A stretch of 62,847 nucleotides of DNA, filler included, from Stramenopiles sp. TOSAG23-3 (taxonomy: Eukaryota): the NCBI GenBank assembly GCA_900128585.1. It is 41 parts of 41 records of this genome, joined end to end, with 100 filler letters (N's around TTAATTAATTAA, not from the genome) between each part and the next. Parts side by side here need not be neighbours in the genome. Positions count along the whole stretch, not along the records: positions 9,285 to 10,729 come from LT645844.1; positions 10,830 to 12,274 come from LT645845.1; positions 12,375 to 13,819 come from LT645846.1; positions 13,920 to 15,362 come from LT645847.1; positions 15,463 to 16,905 come from LT645848.1; positions 17,006 to 18,448 come from LT645849.1; positions 18,549 to 19,991 come from LT645850.1; positions 20,092 to 21,533 come from LT645851.1; 33 more parts are not named here. One strand, 5' to 3'. The first letter of the stretch is position 1. The number at the start of each line of letters is the position of its first letter. Positions 9,615 through 21,530 of this stretch are shown one piece after another. Both the position numbers and the translations under genes were made by a program. The notes below the pieces were generated by a model. It had not been told where the DNA came from and did not search any database. It worked only from the letters and a program-made list of their open reading frames with translations.

Positions 9615-10607
9615 TCATTTGTCGGCACTGTCACCTTTGCCGTTGTTAATGGCTTTAAACGGGGTCCACCCGCAATGCGCACAGCCAACGCAAACGGACG
9701 CTAGTTGTGGCTCTAGTTCATTTCGTTTCATGTGCATGTGGTTAATATTTTCTTGCGCAGTCAATATGTTAGTTTTCTGTTTTTTTGAAATGAATATGTT
9801 CCTCTGCGATATGGCAACGTTTATTTTTTCACTCAATTTAAAGTAGGAATATTGGGCATTCTCAATCTTTTTCCCTTCTCTTGCCAGCAAATGCCCGCTT
9901 CCCAATTCATAAACCATACCACAGGCTCCACACAACCCTCTAGATAGTAGTGGCCCGAGCTCACTTGACAATACATCCATTTTTTCCAAATTGACCATTC
10001 TACTGTTCATGTCTTCCTGTTTAAGCGTCACTTCCACGACATCCACCGCAGCCTCTGGGGCACTCATGTTGTGTGCAAAGCCATGGATAGAAATCTTCTC
10101 TTGGCCCTGGGATAAGACGACGGATGTTATAAAACCAACAAACTGCTCCATGGTCTTTTTCAATTTGAACTTTACAGGATCGCCCAGGCGAAGCCTCCTT
10201 TTTGCAAAATCTATCATCCAAAAACATCTTCGCAACAGCAGCCTGCTGCAATTGCTGCACCTAGGTGAAGCGGATTCATCGGGGGCTTTTCCAGAGTCGG
10301 CAGCACTTGCGGCTTCCAGCTCACAATCTAAAAGGTTCTTATGAAAGCAGAAGAGGCAAGTCATGTAGTCCTTGCCCGTTTCCGTTGTTAAAGCAATTCT
10401 AGCAAATGGCCCAGCGATTTTCATATGCCCAATTTTTGGAATGTAGCTCCCCTTTGGCCAAACTTTTTTGGGATACCACACTGGAGAATTAATGTTGAAC
10501 CTACCGCTATTGTCAACAATTTTTGCTATGTCATCGTTAGATTCAGCTTTGGGAGAGGACACCAATCCACCTACTCCGTTATCATTTCGCTCTTTAGTTT
10601 CCAATTC
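9615..10607 (-). CDS. Hypothetical protein with several CxxC pairs
   Basis: Long ORF; CLFC, CSNC, CGAC, CVGCAHC. Confidence 0.7.
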   Translation of the reverse strand, partial: ELETKERNDNGVGGLVSSPKAESNDDIAKIVDNSGRFNINSPVWYPKKVWPKGSYIPKIGHMKIAGPFARIALTTETGKDYMTCLFCFHKNLLDCELEAASAADSGKAPDESASPRCSNCSRLLLRRCFWMIDFAKRRLRLGDPVKFKLKKTMEQFVGFITSVVLSQGQEKISIHGFAHNMSAPEAAVDVVEVTLKQEDMNSRMVNLEKMDVLSSELGPLLSRGLCGACGMVYELGSGHLLAREGKKIENAQYSYFKLSEKINVAISQRNIFISKKQKTNILTAQENINHMHMKRNELEPQLASVCVGCAHCGWTPFKAINNGKGDSADK

Positions 10608-11573
10608 CATAGAGAGAGCACATGTGCACTTAGTTACAAAAACAATAAACTGCAATCGTCATATCATGAATGACCCTTCGTGTTCGATTTCTGATAAACA
10701 TGATCGAAAAGTGTTAAAAATTGAATAATNNNNNNNNNNNNNNNNNNNNNNNNNNNNNNNNNNNNNNNNNNNNTTAATTAATTAANNNNNNNNNNNNNNN
10801 NNNNNNNNNNNNNNNNNNNNNNNNNNNNNGGCGGATGTCCCAATACATTTGTACTCATAAACTTGAGTACCAGGAACAAGCTTGCGCCACATTTGAAATT
10901 TTCCCGGGCCATTCGCCTGATCACACCCACGCAGGCCATTATTTATTGATAGGTTTATGTACTTAATACATTACATTATTCTGGCCTGAGCGTGTAGAGT
11001 TATCAGCACAGCTTACATAAGGATGCTATTGTTGATATGAAGGCTTAGAATCTCTTCTACCGAATGGCTCCTCCCATTCTTCTCTATCGAGAATTAGGTA
11101 AATTCCCCCTGAACGAATATTTATTATATTTGTCTCGACATGAATTAAGGATGATGCGAAGTTGGCAATTATTTAGTTGAAAACAACAGAGTAGAGGCAA
11201 TAAAGGGTAGGGTATCTGAACATATCCTTAATTTCAAAAAGCTTAACTCGATCAAGAACAACTACCAACTCAGTTGGTAATAACAAAACAACAACAACAA
11301 ATACTGCCATTTTAAAATTTGCAAGAACAGTTCTTGTAGTCGTCCTTCTCTCCTCCCTAAAAAAAAAAAAGATAATACGTAACTACTACTACGGAAGAAA
11401 CAAACGTCATCACCAATAAAAAATATTGTCGACTAAAGGAGTTTTTAGTTGATAAACGCATTGTTATTTGTTATATAGCGTTTTAATCTTTTGTTGGTTG
11501 TTTTGTTTTAGTAATTTAACGGCAGTACGTTGGCAAAAGGGTGTCTGTGGAACCGTACCCCCTCCCTGCCGCG

Positions 11574-12137
11574 ATGAAATTGATACCGCAAGAAAACAGT
11601 TTGATGGAGCGGAAAAGTGTCATTTGCAAAGGTAGTACTATGGTAAAGAAGGGATTTGTACAGATTCTCTTCGATATTGTGAACGACGAACATAACAAAA
11701 CATATGTTGCTTGGCATGATAATGGGCTGAGTGTAGCAATCTGGAAGCCAAAGGCGTTCGCGGAAAATGTCCTTCCGGCCTACTACAACCATAAAAATTT
11801 CAACAGTTTTGAGCGTCAGCTAAACTTTTATGGCTTCAATAAAATGGGCATTAATGAATCGAAACCGAGCAAGAAACGTACCCGGCGAGGAGACTCTGTG
11901 AAATTCAAACATCCCCAGTTCCGAGCGTCCGACCCGAACTGCCCAAAAAAGATTGTTAGGAGGTCTCGGCCGAAGCAAAATAGGAAATTGGGGATCCGAA
12001 TCAAAGAGGTGAAAGCTGTAAAGGACACTCTGGAAAAGGAGAACCAAAGAATTCGCAATGAAGTTGCGAATTTGCTGAACTCAATACTCGAGTCACCGAA
12101 TTATGATTACACCGAAATTTTTGAATTGTTGGATTGA
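11574..12137 (+). CDS. Heat-shock factor (HSF) DNA-binding domain protein
   Basis: FVQILFDIV...VAW...F..NVLPAYYNHKNFNSFERQLNFYGFNK...FKHPQF, followed by a coiled coil. Confidence 0.92.
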   Translation: MKLIPQENSLMERKSVICKGSTMVKKGFVQILFDIVNDEHNKTYVAWHDNGLSVAIWKPKAFAENVLPAYYNHKNFNSFERQLNFYGFNKMGINESKPSKKRTRRGDSVKFKHPQFRASDPNCPKKIVRRSRPKQNRKLGIRIKEVKAVKDTLEKENQRIRNEVANLLNSILESPNYDYTEIFELLD

Positions 12138-12187
12138 ATGCAACACGCACAACCTTTCTTCTCGGATGAAACCTGAAACCATTTGAA

Positions 12188-12235
12188 CAAAGAAATAAGA
12201 CGACAAAGAAATAAGACGACAAAGAAATAAGACGA
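12188..12235. repeat. Tandem repeat (CAAAGAAATAAGACGA)x3
   Basis: Three exact 16-bp units. Confidence 0.9.
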
Positions 12236-12661
12236 CTAGACCTGACTTCTTCGCTGCTGGGGGGGGGGGGGGGGNNNNNNNNNNNNNNNNNNNNNNNNNN
12301 NNNNNNNNNNNNNNNNNNTTAATTAATTAANNNNNNNNNNNNNNNNNNNNNNNNNNNNNNNNNNNNNNNNNNNNGGCGGCGGAGGTAGTTTCCATGCGAG
12401 GGGGAGGGGAGGCCACTCCAGGAATTGGAGGTGACGCGGGATTGAATAGAAAAACGTGAAACGTGACGTGCGATACACTTCGCACAAGAACTTAAAAAAT
12501 GTTAAAACACACACTCATCCTGCTCATTTTTTGATTTGGAGAGTTTGTGTGGTGTAATTATAAGTAGAGAGTAAGACTTTTTTTTGACAAGAGATTTCAG
12601 CTCGTATGTTCGTGTATTCTTACGAAACTTTACTAAAAATTCGGAAGAGAGGTAAAGCTTT

Positions 12662-12728
12662 GTAGAGATCGGTTTGCAGTGTGTACATTTTAATTTTAAT
12701 TACTTAAACAACAGGCAATTTTTCGTTT
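12662..12728 (-). mobile_element. Dispersed element copy 3 (diverged)
   Basis: Reverse complement AAACGAAAAATTGCCTGTTGTTTAAGTAATTAAAATTAAAATGTACACACTGCAAACCGATCTCTAC. Confidence 0.8.
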
Positions 12729-12885
12729 CATTTAGCTTACAAAGTGTATCATAATTCTTCCAAATATCATCACCCTGATGAGAGTTTTAAAGCATTACTC
12801 TCTATAATATTAATTTGTTTTTTTACTATATAATTTTTTTCCCTTTTCATCACCCTTTGTGATTGAGGAATTAAACTCTCGTTTT

Positions 12886-13819
12886 TCACACCGCACGCCC
12901 CTTCTCCACCTTTTGCCTCTTCTGCCTGCTTCGGTCTGGCGCGCCGTTCCTATTTTTTCTGTGAACGTTGTCGTAATTTCTCCGAGAGTCGTGCAGGCCG
13001 TTTCTAGACATTTCGTTCCCATAGGTCCGCGGTCGGCCGTTCTGGCGATCACCATTGCCTCCTTTGATGGGGGGCGGGGGCGCCGACGGCGGCGGTGGGG
13101 GGCGGCGGCTCCGAGCGCCCGAGGGACGCGATTCCCCGGAAGGCCCCGCCCCCGAGGGTGGCTGGGAGGTCTGCTTCCTTTTGCTGCCAGCACCGGCACT
13201 TTCAGTGTTGGGCACGGGGCCGCAGAACTTTCCTCTAATGGTCGTCAGCAAACTTTCCTCCAGCAGGTCTTTGTCGTACCATATGCTGAGGACACGGCGG
13301 AAATCGCTCATTAGTTTCCTGTCAAGGCCCTTCCCACACTCTACCAAGAAATCGAGGATCAGGTGCTTCCATCGGGACCGGTAATCTCGGGAGCCCTTGG
13401 CGGCGGCGGTGTCTCCCCCCTCGGCGCGGGGGGGACGCTCCGTGTCTTTCTCTTTCTCTTCCCGTTTAAGTGCCCTCTGTTTGTCCCATTGAAACAGTTC
13501 GTTCAAAACGTACAGGCAGTTCATGCGGTCGACGGACTTTACAGGGGCATCATGCCGTCGAACGATTTTCCCCGTCCTAGGATCGATCATTTTCCCGCGA
13601 AGGTGGAGCAAGAACATCTTGCCAGTGGTCCTCTGATTTTTCCTGTTCTCTTTCTTGAGCAGCCAGTTTCTGACCGCCTTTATTCTGCTCTTGTTGATTG
13701 CCCTGCTGCTGGCGAGCGTGTTTAGCACGGGAAGAAAGTCCGCGGAGATCATGCTCCAGCGCTTTTCGTTCTCGTTCATATCTTCAACGTCGTGGGACAA
13801 CGCCCGGTTAATTTTTTCT
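12886..13819 (-). CDS. CID/RPR (Pol II CTD-interacting) domain protein, 5'-partial
   Basis: LNTL...SRIKAVRNWLL...RMNCLYVLNELFQ...RRVLSIW, then a Pro/Arg-rich tail. Confidence 0.65.
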
Positions 13820-13921
13820 NNNNNNNNNNNNNNNNNNNNNNNNNNNNNNNNNNNNNNNNNNNNTTAATTAATTAANNNNNNNNNNNNNNNNNNNNNNNNN
13901 NNNNNNNNNNNNNNNNNNNAT

Positions 13922-15362
13922 GTTCACGAGAAAATCACCACAATTCTTGAACCGCCGGGTGAAAGGGAAAGCATCCACTCAAAATTACGGATAATCCCTC
14001 GCAACGGTTGTTGTTGTTTCTTCCCAATCAACAACAAAAGAAGTGGAGACTCCAAGCGCGACTCTGTGACACTAACTTTGGATCGTGCCATTGTTACAGA
14101 AATACGAAAGGAGCCTTATGTAAATAAATATGTCCCAATAGGTTGGATGCAATTTGTGGACACTGTGCGGAATATTGGTAAATTCCGAACAAAATCGTAT
14201 GTAAAATATAAAGATCTAGAAAGGTTTGCATTATCCTACCAGATTGAACCGAACCAGTTCAATAACATGATGCTCTACCTTGATCAAATCGGGCTGTTTC
14301 TTCATTTTAGATTTTCACCCCTTGTGAAAACCTATATTATTTTGAACCCACAATGGCTAATTGACATGATTGGGGCTGTGATCCGTGAACATGACATTAC
14401 TCCTTTCAAGAATGAAGTAAAGTCAAGTCAACAAAAATCTCAAGTTTCCAACATGAAGTGGTTGAAAAAGGGCGTTCTAGCAAAAGAGCTTCTGGAACAT
14501 CTGCCAATTTGGAAGGAGAAAAATAACGATCAGACAGTGCGTGACGCTGTTGTCGAGTTGATGGTGAAGTTTGGTTTGCTTGCAAATCTTGATCAAGATG
14601 GCAAGTATTTTTTAGTTCCCAGTGTATTCATGGAAAAGGAAAGCGAAACTTTGGATTGCATGGAAGAAGAAGAGTTACACGGAGGTCTAAGTATGCACTT
14701 CAAAGTGGAACTCACATACGATGACGATCGTGACGCGTTTGTACCAGCCGGACTGCTTTCAAGAATAGTTCACAGTGTGCTTCAGCATAATTATCGCAAG
14801 CAGGGGGTGGCAAAAACATTGAAACAGAAATGTGACTATGACATGAAACTGGATTACATACGTATCAAAAAATTCAAAGCCCGATTGTCCCTTGAAACGG
14901 CTTCTTTCTGGATCGTAGAATCCATTGAATGCACTTGTTTGTACATTTACATCAAACCCTGCAAACTTTGTGTAAAAGCCATGGAAAAGATAGAAGAAAT
15001 TATACAAGAGATATCCATCCAATTCTATCGAAATCAGTTTGAGCCCACCATGCACTTGTGCAAAACGAACAATGGAACAAAAGAATATTTCCTGATTGGT
15101 AAAATGAAAAATTTAAAAGAATATGAACATTGGGAAAGCTCAGGGGGCTCGACCATCGCTACATCAACTATTCTGTCATGGTTAACTGATCGAACGGGGA
15201 TAGCTAACACTAAACCTTCCGTTGACAAAAATAGGTCATCAAAAGATCATGTCGCATCCAAAACCGCCAACCCAAGTGTATCGTGGTGGGCGCAAGCAAA
15301 AGCAGCAGGACAGAGAGCCATGAAAGTCAAATCAAACTTGACGGATGCGTACGACGGCGCAG
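13922..15362 (+). CDS. Roco protein, end of Roc plus COR domain (partial)
   Basis: FFPINN...VPIGW...MLYLDQIGLFLHF...IILNPQWLID...LMVKFGL...FLVPS...VPAGLLSRI. Confidence 0.8.
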
Positions 15363-16088
15363 NNNNNNNNNNNNNNNNNNNNNNNNNNNNNNNNNNNNNN
15401 NNNNNNTTAATTAATTAANNNNNNNNNNNNNNNNNNNNNNNNNNNNNNNNNNNNNNNNNNNNTTCTCTTTTTGTTGTGTTTTCAAAAATTCAACATTCAA
15501 CCAACAAAAAAAAACAAAAAAACAACCCACCACCTTTTTTCTAGATGGTGTGTTCTTCCTATTATTATTATTATAATTTCGCGAAGAATTCTTCCTGAAG
15601 AAAAGAAGAAGAAGAACAAAAGAGAAAGAAAGAAAAAAAAGAAGAAAAAATCCCATCATCATTTTTTATAATTTAATATCACGCACAACAGAAAGTATAT
15701 ATATGGAAATAGCATAGAGGAAAAAAGAAAGAAAGAAAGAAAAGAAGTGTGTTGTGTGATTGTGTGATGAATGAAGAAAGCAATCATCTTCTTCTCAATA
15801 TACCTTGGTAATATAAAATGCCTGCATGGATCGATAGAGGGATAGAGACCTCACCGACGACGGAGAGGTTCTTTAAATTTACACTCTACTGGAAACACAA
15901 GGTAGGAGAGATTATTAAAGTTTAGTGGTGCGTGTGTTTCAAATTATTTCTTCAATTTCAAAATGTAAGAGTGTCTTAATTTTGTTTTAATGTAAAACAT
16001 TAAAACCGCTTGGAGCGAGGGTAGATTTAATCAAAAAGTGAAAAAACTAATTTCACAAAAACGGGAAATGTCTCTCCCTTCTCACCAT

Positions 16089-16905
16089 TTACAACCGAGC
16101 AAGTCGGTTGGCCCTGTCGGTCGCGGCTCCGTTCATGTACTTGAACTGCTTCTTTCCTTCTATGGCACCACTATTGATCAGCCCTTGCCTGATCTTCGCC
16201 TTCTTCGCCTCTGCTGCAGCCTCTTGCAAAAGACGATTGACCAAGTCGTCGCTGTACCCGCTTGGGTTGGTGGGAGTTTTCTTGCCACCACTCGCTACCA
16301 GTTTCTCATCGGGGACCAACGCGAAATTCTTCGTGCTCTTCGCCACGTCGTCCACTGACGAATAAGCTCCTTTAACGACCGCCTTGCCTGGGTTATCGTT
16401 GACTTGGCGAATAAGCTGGGTCTTGTCGCCCCATGCCGGGTTCCAGTCTACCGGAAACCCATTCCCATCCAGCTTGCCCGTGTAGCCCTTGACCAGGTCG
16501 GCGATCTCGTCCGCCATCTTCCACCGGCTGCCCGGCGCGCCTGGCACGATGCTCTGCATCGGGGGCGTGACTCCTTTTTGCGCCTCTTTGATCAATAACT
16601 CCGTGGCACCGTCCCAGTCCGTGAGCTTCAACGCGTCGGGCTCGATGGCCCCCCAGTTCTTCATCTCCCGGTACTGCTGGTACTGCTTTTGGTACGCTTT
16701 GACTTCCTTTTGGACGCCGGCCCACTTCTTGCTTCGGACCCCGGCGGGGGGGTCGTACCGCAAAATGTTAGGGTTCAGGTCCTGGTTGGGGAACTTGGAG
16801 AAGTCCCCAAGGCCGTCGAACGCCTTGTTGGGCCCCCCTCGCCCCAGAAGGCGGTCGCGGGTGGCCCCGTCGTTGTAGTAGGTCTTCTCTTTGGCCACCT
16901 TGGTG
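16089..16905 (-). CDS. Hypothetical protein, 5'-partial
   Basis: 269-aa ORF with strong GC3 codon bias. Confidence 0.75.
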
Positions 16906-17006
16906 NNNNNNNNNNNNNNNNNNNNNNNNNNNNNNNNNNNNNNNNNNNNTTAATTAATTAANNNNNNNNNNNNNNNNNNNNNNNNNNNNNNNNNNNNNNN
17001 NNNNNG

Positions 17007-17300
17007 TCATTACTTGGTAACGGCAGCACGGCCGGAAACGCGACAAAAATGACCAGTGCGCAAGCGAAAGATAGAATGAGAGAAAACCACGAGACTATGA
17101 AGCGGTCGTCTGAACGCCTGAAGCAGGCGCAGAGTGTGTTGGCTGAAACCGAGGAGGTGGCGATGGGCACCATGCAGGACTTGCATCGAAACCGCCAAAC
17201 GATCGACAGGAACCTGCAGAGAAACAAAGACATAAAGAACAATCTGAAAAAGAGTGAGGGAATGGTTGAAAAAATGAGCAAGTGGTGGAAGAATCTGTAA
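17007..17300 (+). CDS. VTI1-like Qb-SNARE C-terminal part
   Basis: SSERLKQAQSVLAETEEVAMGTMQDLHRNRQTI heptad SNARE motif. Confidence 0.7.
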   Translation, partial: SLLGNGSTAGNATKMTSAQAKDRMRENHETMKRSSERLKQAQSVLAETEEVAMGTMQDLHRNRQTIDRNLQRNKDIKNNLKKSEGMVEKMSKWWKNL

Positions 17301-17381
17301 AAAGAAAGGAGAGAAAGAGTGTAATGACAAAAAAACCATTGTAACGTACGTACATGTATGCATTTAATGTCTTCGTCTACT

Positions 17382-17830
17382 TTACTTCTTTTTGTTCTCT
17401 TCCTCGCGCGGGCTTTGCACTAACCTCAAGAAGCACGCTCGGAACTCTTCGAAATCAATTGTTCCGCTTCCGTCTTTGTCGACTGTTGCAATGTATTGCT
17501 CGACTTCCTCCATGGACACTTCCGGCGCGTTCTGGTCTACCCGCTGCAACTCCTTCATGCAATTGAATACTTCTTCCTTGTCTAGTTCCTGGTCCCCGCT
17601 CTTATCGTATCGATTGAAGGAAACCCTCAGCAACTCGTCATTCCCCAGGAATGGTTTCAAATGCTTGCGTGCGTGCTCGCGCGATTCGTGCAGGCATTCG
17701 ATCTGTGTGGTCATTCCCTGCAACTTGCGGTCGAGCGTCCTCCCGTCCTTCTGTACAACGTGCACTTCTCTGGTCAAAGTGGCCAGCTTCATCTCGACCT
17801 GTTCTATTTCGATCGCATCGTTCATTTTCT
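17382..17830 (-). CDS. 3' half of a coiled-coil plus EF-hand protein (continues the CDS at 17846-18448 across an inversion)
   Basis: Two EF hands DKSGDQELDKEE and DKDGSGTIDFEEF; first 68 bp are the reverse complement of 18381-18448. Confidence 0.8.
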
Positions 17831-17845
17831 CTGTCTTGTACTATC

Positions 17846-18448
17846 ATGGCTGCCATACCGCAGGAGTTTGTTTACGATGAGCAGCAGTTGAGCGACAAAA
17901 TCGCAGAGTTGGAAGCTTCGCTGGAGCAGGAACGGGCGAAACGGGACAAAGTAGGCAGCAAGCTTGCAATTGCCCAAGAAAATTACGACCAGAGTGTGGA
18001 AGAGATGGAGGAAAACAAAGCAGACCTTCACCTGACCAATATCAGTGGCCTTGAAGGCAACCGGTCGGCTCGCCAAAAAACTTTAGATTTGTTGGAGTCC
18101 GACGACCTGTTCGCTCTTAGGGACCGTCTCTTGGAGCTGAAACTGTTAGACAAAGACTTGTCCACGAACATTAGCGATGCGAGGGTGAGCGCAGTGCACT
18201 GGAGAAAGGACGCCGAAGATCTAGAAAAAGTACTGGAAGAAAAGACAAACTCCATCAACGAGGTGCCCTCGCACGAAAGCGACAGTGTGCTGGAAGCGCA
18301 GACCAAGGCGTTGCGGGCGAAAGAGGAGCAGCGGAAGATGGAGTTGAAAATACAAGACCTTGAAGCAGAACTCAAGAAAAAGAAAATGAACGATGCGATC
18401 GAAATAGAACAGGTCGAGATGAAGCTGGCCACTTTGACCAGAGAAGTG
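17846..18448 (+). CDS. 5' half of the coiled-coil plus EF-hand protein
   Basis: ATG at 17846; heptad-rich; ends in the same MNDAIEIEQVEMKLATLTREV peptide. Confidence 0.8.
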
Positions 18449-18578
18449 NNNNNNNNNNNNNNNNNNNNNNNNNNNNNNNNNNNNNNNNNNNNTTAATTAA
18501 TTAANNNNNNNNNNNNNNNNNNNNNNNNNNNNNNNNNNNNNNNNNNNNGAGCGCCCTTGGCCTGTTTGTTTTCAGCGT

Positions 18579-19991
18579 TTGCTGTGGGCTGCTGCTGCTG
18601 CTGGGGAGATGGGGTTTAATCCAAGAACATTGTTGTTTTTGATGCATGTGGTGTTCTTGGACCACATCGTTGGCCATCGGGCTCTGGCGGTTTCTAACAA
18701 CAATCCCACCCTAACCTTTTGTGTCCCAAAGGGGCATCAGAATACGAATGCCCAGCGGTTTGGGTCTAAACTCCAGTTTGTGCAGCGGTGGTGGAACGGA
18801 GATTTTGGCACCCAGGAAGACCTTTCGGGACTTCACAACGTTTTTTTCTTTAATTGGAATCCTAGGGTGGGGTTTTCTTCGTGCGAATCCCTGGGAGCAG
18901 AGGTGGAATTAGTGAATTACATGAAAGGGAATCTTGTCCTTGGAGGAGTTTTTCGGCGCGGAAAGGTCCAGCTTACCCTAAGATCACCTGCGGCCAAGGA
19001 CAACGTAGTTGGTGTCGTTTCAGAGTTGGAAATTAAAGACGTGGTCCGGATATGCACGCACGGCAATGAGGGAGCAGGTGAGATGCGGGCGTTGTTCTCT
19101 GTTTTTGCGCATGACCACGAAAGCGTCGATAGTTTGTTGAAGCGTAAACAGCAGCGAGGAAGGAGCGAGCTTTTACGTTTGCCGTCGCCGCTGGATGCAA
19201 ATGGTCAATTCGGCCTGTATTCTAAAAGCAAGCGGGGCGGCAGCCTGATGCATATTTTTTCACGGGGGCATGCCCCCAGGCCGCTGCTGTGGCCCTTGCT
19301 TCTGTCAAAGCTACGCCGCGTGAAGATGTCGGCAACAACGCACTTGGGCTTTGCAGCCCACCGTTTTACACTCGCGATGACCCCAACTGGGCAGCGGGGG
19401 GACGCGGCATTCATGGACGACTATGCGTCACAAAAATTGGGGGTGATTACAGATATTTTGTATGGAAGTAACATTTTTGTGCATTCGAACATTACGTTTC
19501 TCGTGACCCCGGGACGTTCGCGCGCGTTTGGCAGGGAGTTTACCTCAGTAAAGAACAGCATAATAGACGACATTACTAACACCTTGTTGCAAGCCCGCAC
19601 CATTGAACTGGATGATACCGGTGGGATCGGCCATCCAGGTCTTGGCGCGTGCAGTTGGTCGAAGAAGGGGGGGGAGGGAGCGAAAATATTTGGCGAAGGT
19701 TCTCGCCGCGTCAATGTCTGCCCGCTGGACGCGTACAAGGACAAGTTGGGGAAATACCACGTGATTGATGAGGCACCACTCAGGGTGTTTCAAAAGCGCA
19801 ATCCATCCATAACGCTAGCGGCCTTGTTATGGCGAAAATTAGACGCCGATGACCAAGCCCACGTGTGGAGTAGACGAAACTGCGACCCCCTTTGCCACTC
19901 CATAATCAATTACACGGGTACACGCGGCGAAGACAGGAAAATGAGTTTGAGGGAGACCTATAGATTCCTTGCCCTTTGGCACGAGCGGGAT
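18579..19991 (+). CDS. Hypothetical, possibly secreted protein (3'-partial)
   Basis: More than 470 open codons; hydrophobic N-terminal stretch. Confidence 0.7.
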
Positions 19992-20091
19992 NNNNNNNNN
20001 NNNNNNNNNNNNNNNNNNNNNNNNNNNNNNNNNNNTTAATTAATTAANNNNNNNNNNNNNNNNNNNNNNNNNNNNNNNNNNNNNNNNNNNN

Positions 20092-20487
20092 CTCGAGCGG
20101 GGTGACGTGCTGCTTCTTTGCAACCTCGTCGCTAGGGTGCGATTTCCCTTTTCTGATATTAAAACTAACAACTTTGTTTGCTACGGTGGACATGGTATTC
20201 CCAAAGCAAATTTCATACTCCCCGCGGGAGGTGTACGGGATAGTATACTCCCCTTCCATTTGCCGATCTTTGGCGTACATTACGGTCCCTTGAGGATCTC
20301 GGACTTGAACATCAATATCTAAAAAACCACCCGCGGAAACTTCATACGACCCGACCAATCGCTCCCCCGCCTGGGTTGCTTCGTAATAACACTCCGTTGT
20401 TCCGGCATTGATGCTGGTCGTAACGGCGTTGACGGTGCCTACCACCGCTGCAACCGCCAACAAACAAATACTTGCGTTGAGTTTCAT
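20092..20487 (-). CDS. p24/emp24/TMED GOLD-domain protein (TMED2-like), 3'-partial
   Basis: Signal peptide; ECYYE...GSYEVSAGGFLDIDV...G.YEICFGNTMSTVANKVVSF. Confidence 0.92.
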
Positions 20488-21454
20488 GGTTTTCTCTCTC
20501 GTTGTACGTAGTTTGGTATGGAATAAAAAAGTGGAGGAAATACTCTATTGTATTTTACACTGGTCTTCCTATAGAAACATAAGCTGAGGTTGACTCTCAT
20601 TTCTTTCCGTACTCATTTCCAACATTTTCTTTCTTGATTAATTGTTCTACTCCGGATTATATAAAACTACTACTGTTAAACTACGACGGTCCATTTTTTT
20701 TTATTTTATTTTTTTTCAATATTATTATTATAAATAACATTAAATATACACAGCAGTAGTATAAAATATAACAACAACAACAGGAATAATAAGAACAATA
20801 ATAAAATTAAAAAACAAACAACATTTACTACAGCATCAACAGCTCGTGATGGTATCTCCATAGTAATAGCTTAGTACGTAATGAACAAAATAAGAAAGTC
20901 CGTCTATCCTGATGTTATTTACATATATATATACAAGTATACTATATATAACTATACAAGTATAATTATTGCATCAAAATTTGAATATTTTATTTATCGA
21001 TAGTTCCTCTTCCTCCCTCCCTCCCTCCCTCCCTCCCTTCACTACTCACTACGTACTTGTTATTAACAGTATATTTGGAAATCTTTCCTATTAATTTTTT
21101 CTTCACAGGGTACAGTATAGTACTAGTATAGTGTACACAGTATTCAGTGAAAAACACAGAAAAAAAATTTCATTCCTTTTTTGTTTTTGTTTTTTGTGGT
21201 GGGCACCCACCTGCTCTCTCCTCTCTGCTCTCCTCTGCTCTCTGCTTGGATGGTTCTCCTGAAAGAAAGAAAAAGCTGCTGAACACAACAACTAAAAAAA
21301 GGGAGCAATACATTTACAGAGCATCAGGTATAAATTATTTTATTAAGCTTTTATAGCTCGCGCCAAGCCAAAGCCAAGCCTACGTAGCCTACTCCTCGTA
21401 ACCTAGCCTAACCTAGCCTATAGAAAAGAAGGAGGAGGAGGGTGAGGTGAGCCC

Positions 21455-21455
<1 letters not shown>

Positions 21456-21529
<74 letters not shown>
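21456..21529. repeat. (AAAG)n microsatellite
   Basis: Perfect tetranucleotide run. Confidence 0.95.

Positions 21530-21530
<1 letters not shown>

Noticed and set aside
12775-12805. CTGATGAG suggesting a hammerhead ribozyme near element copy 3
   Set aside because: No GAAA core or matching stems found
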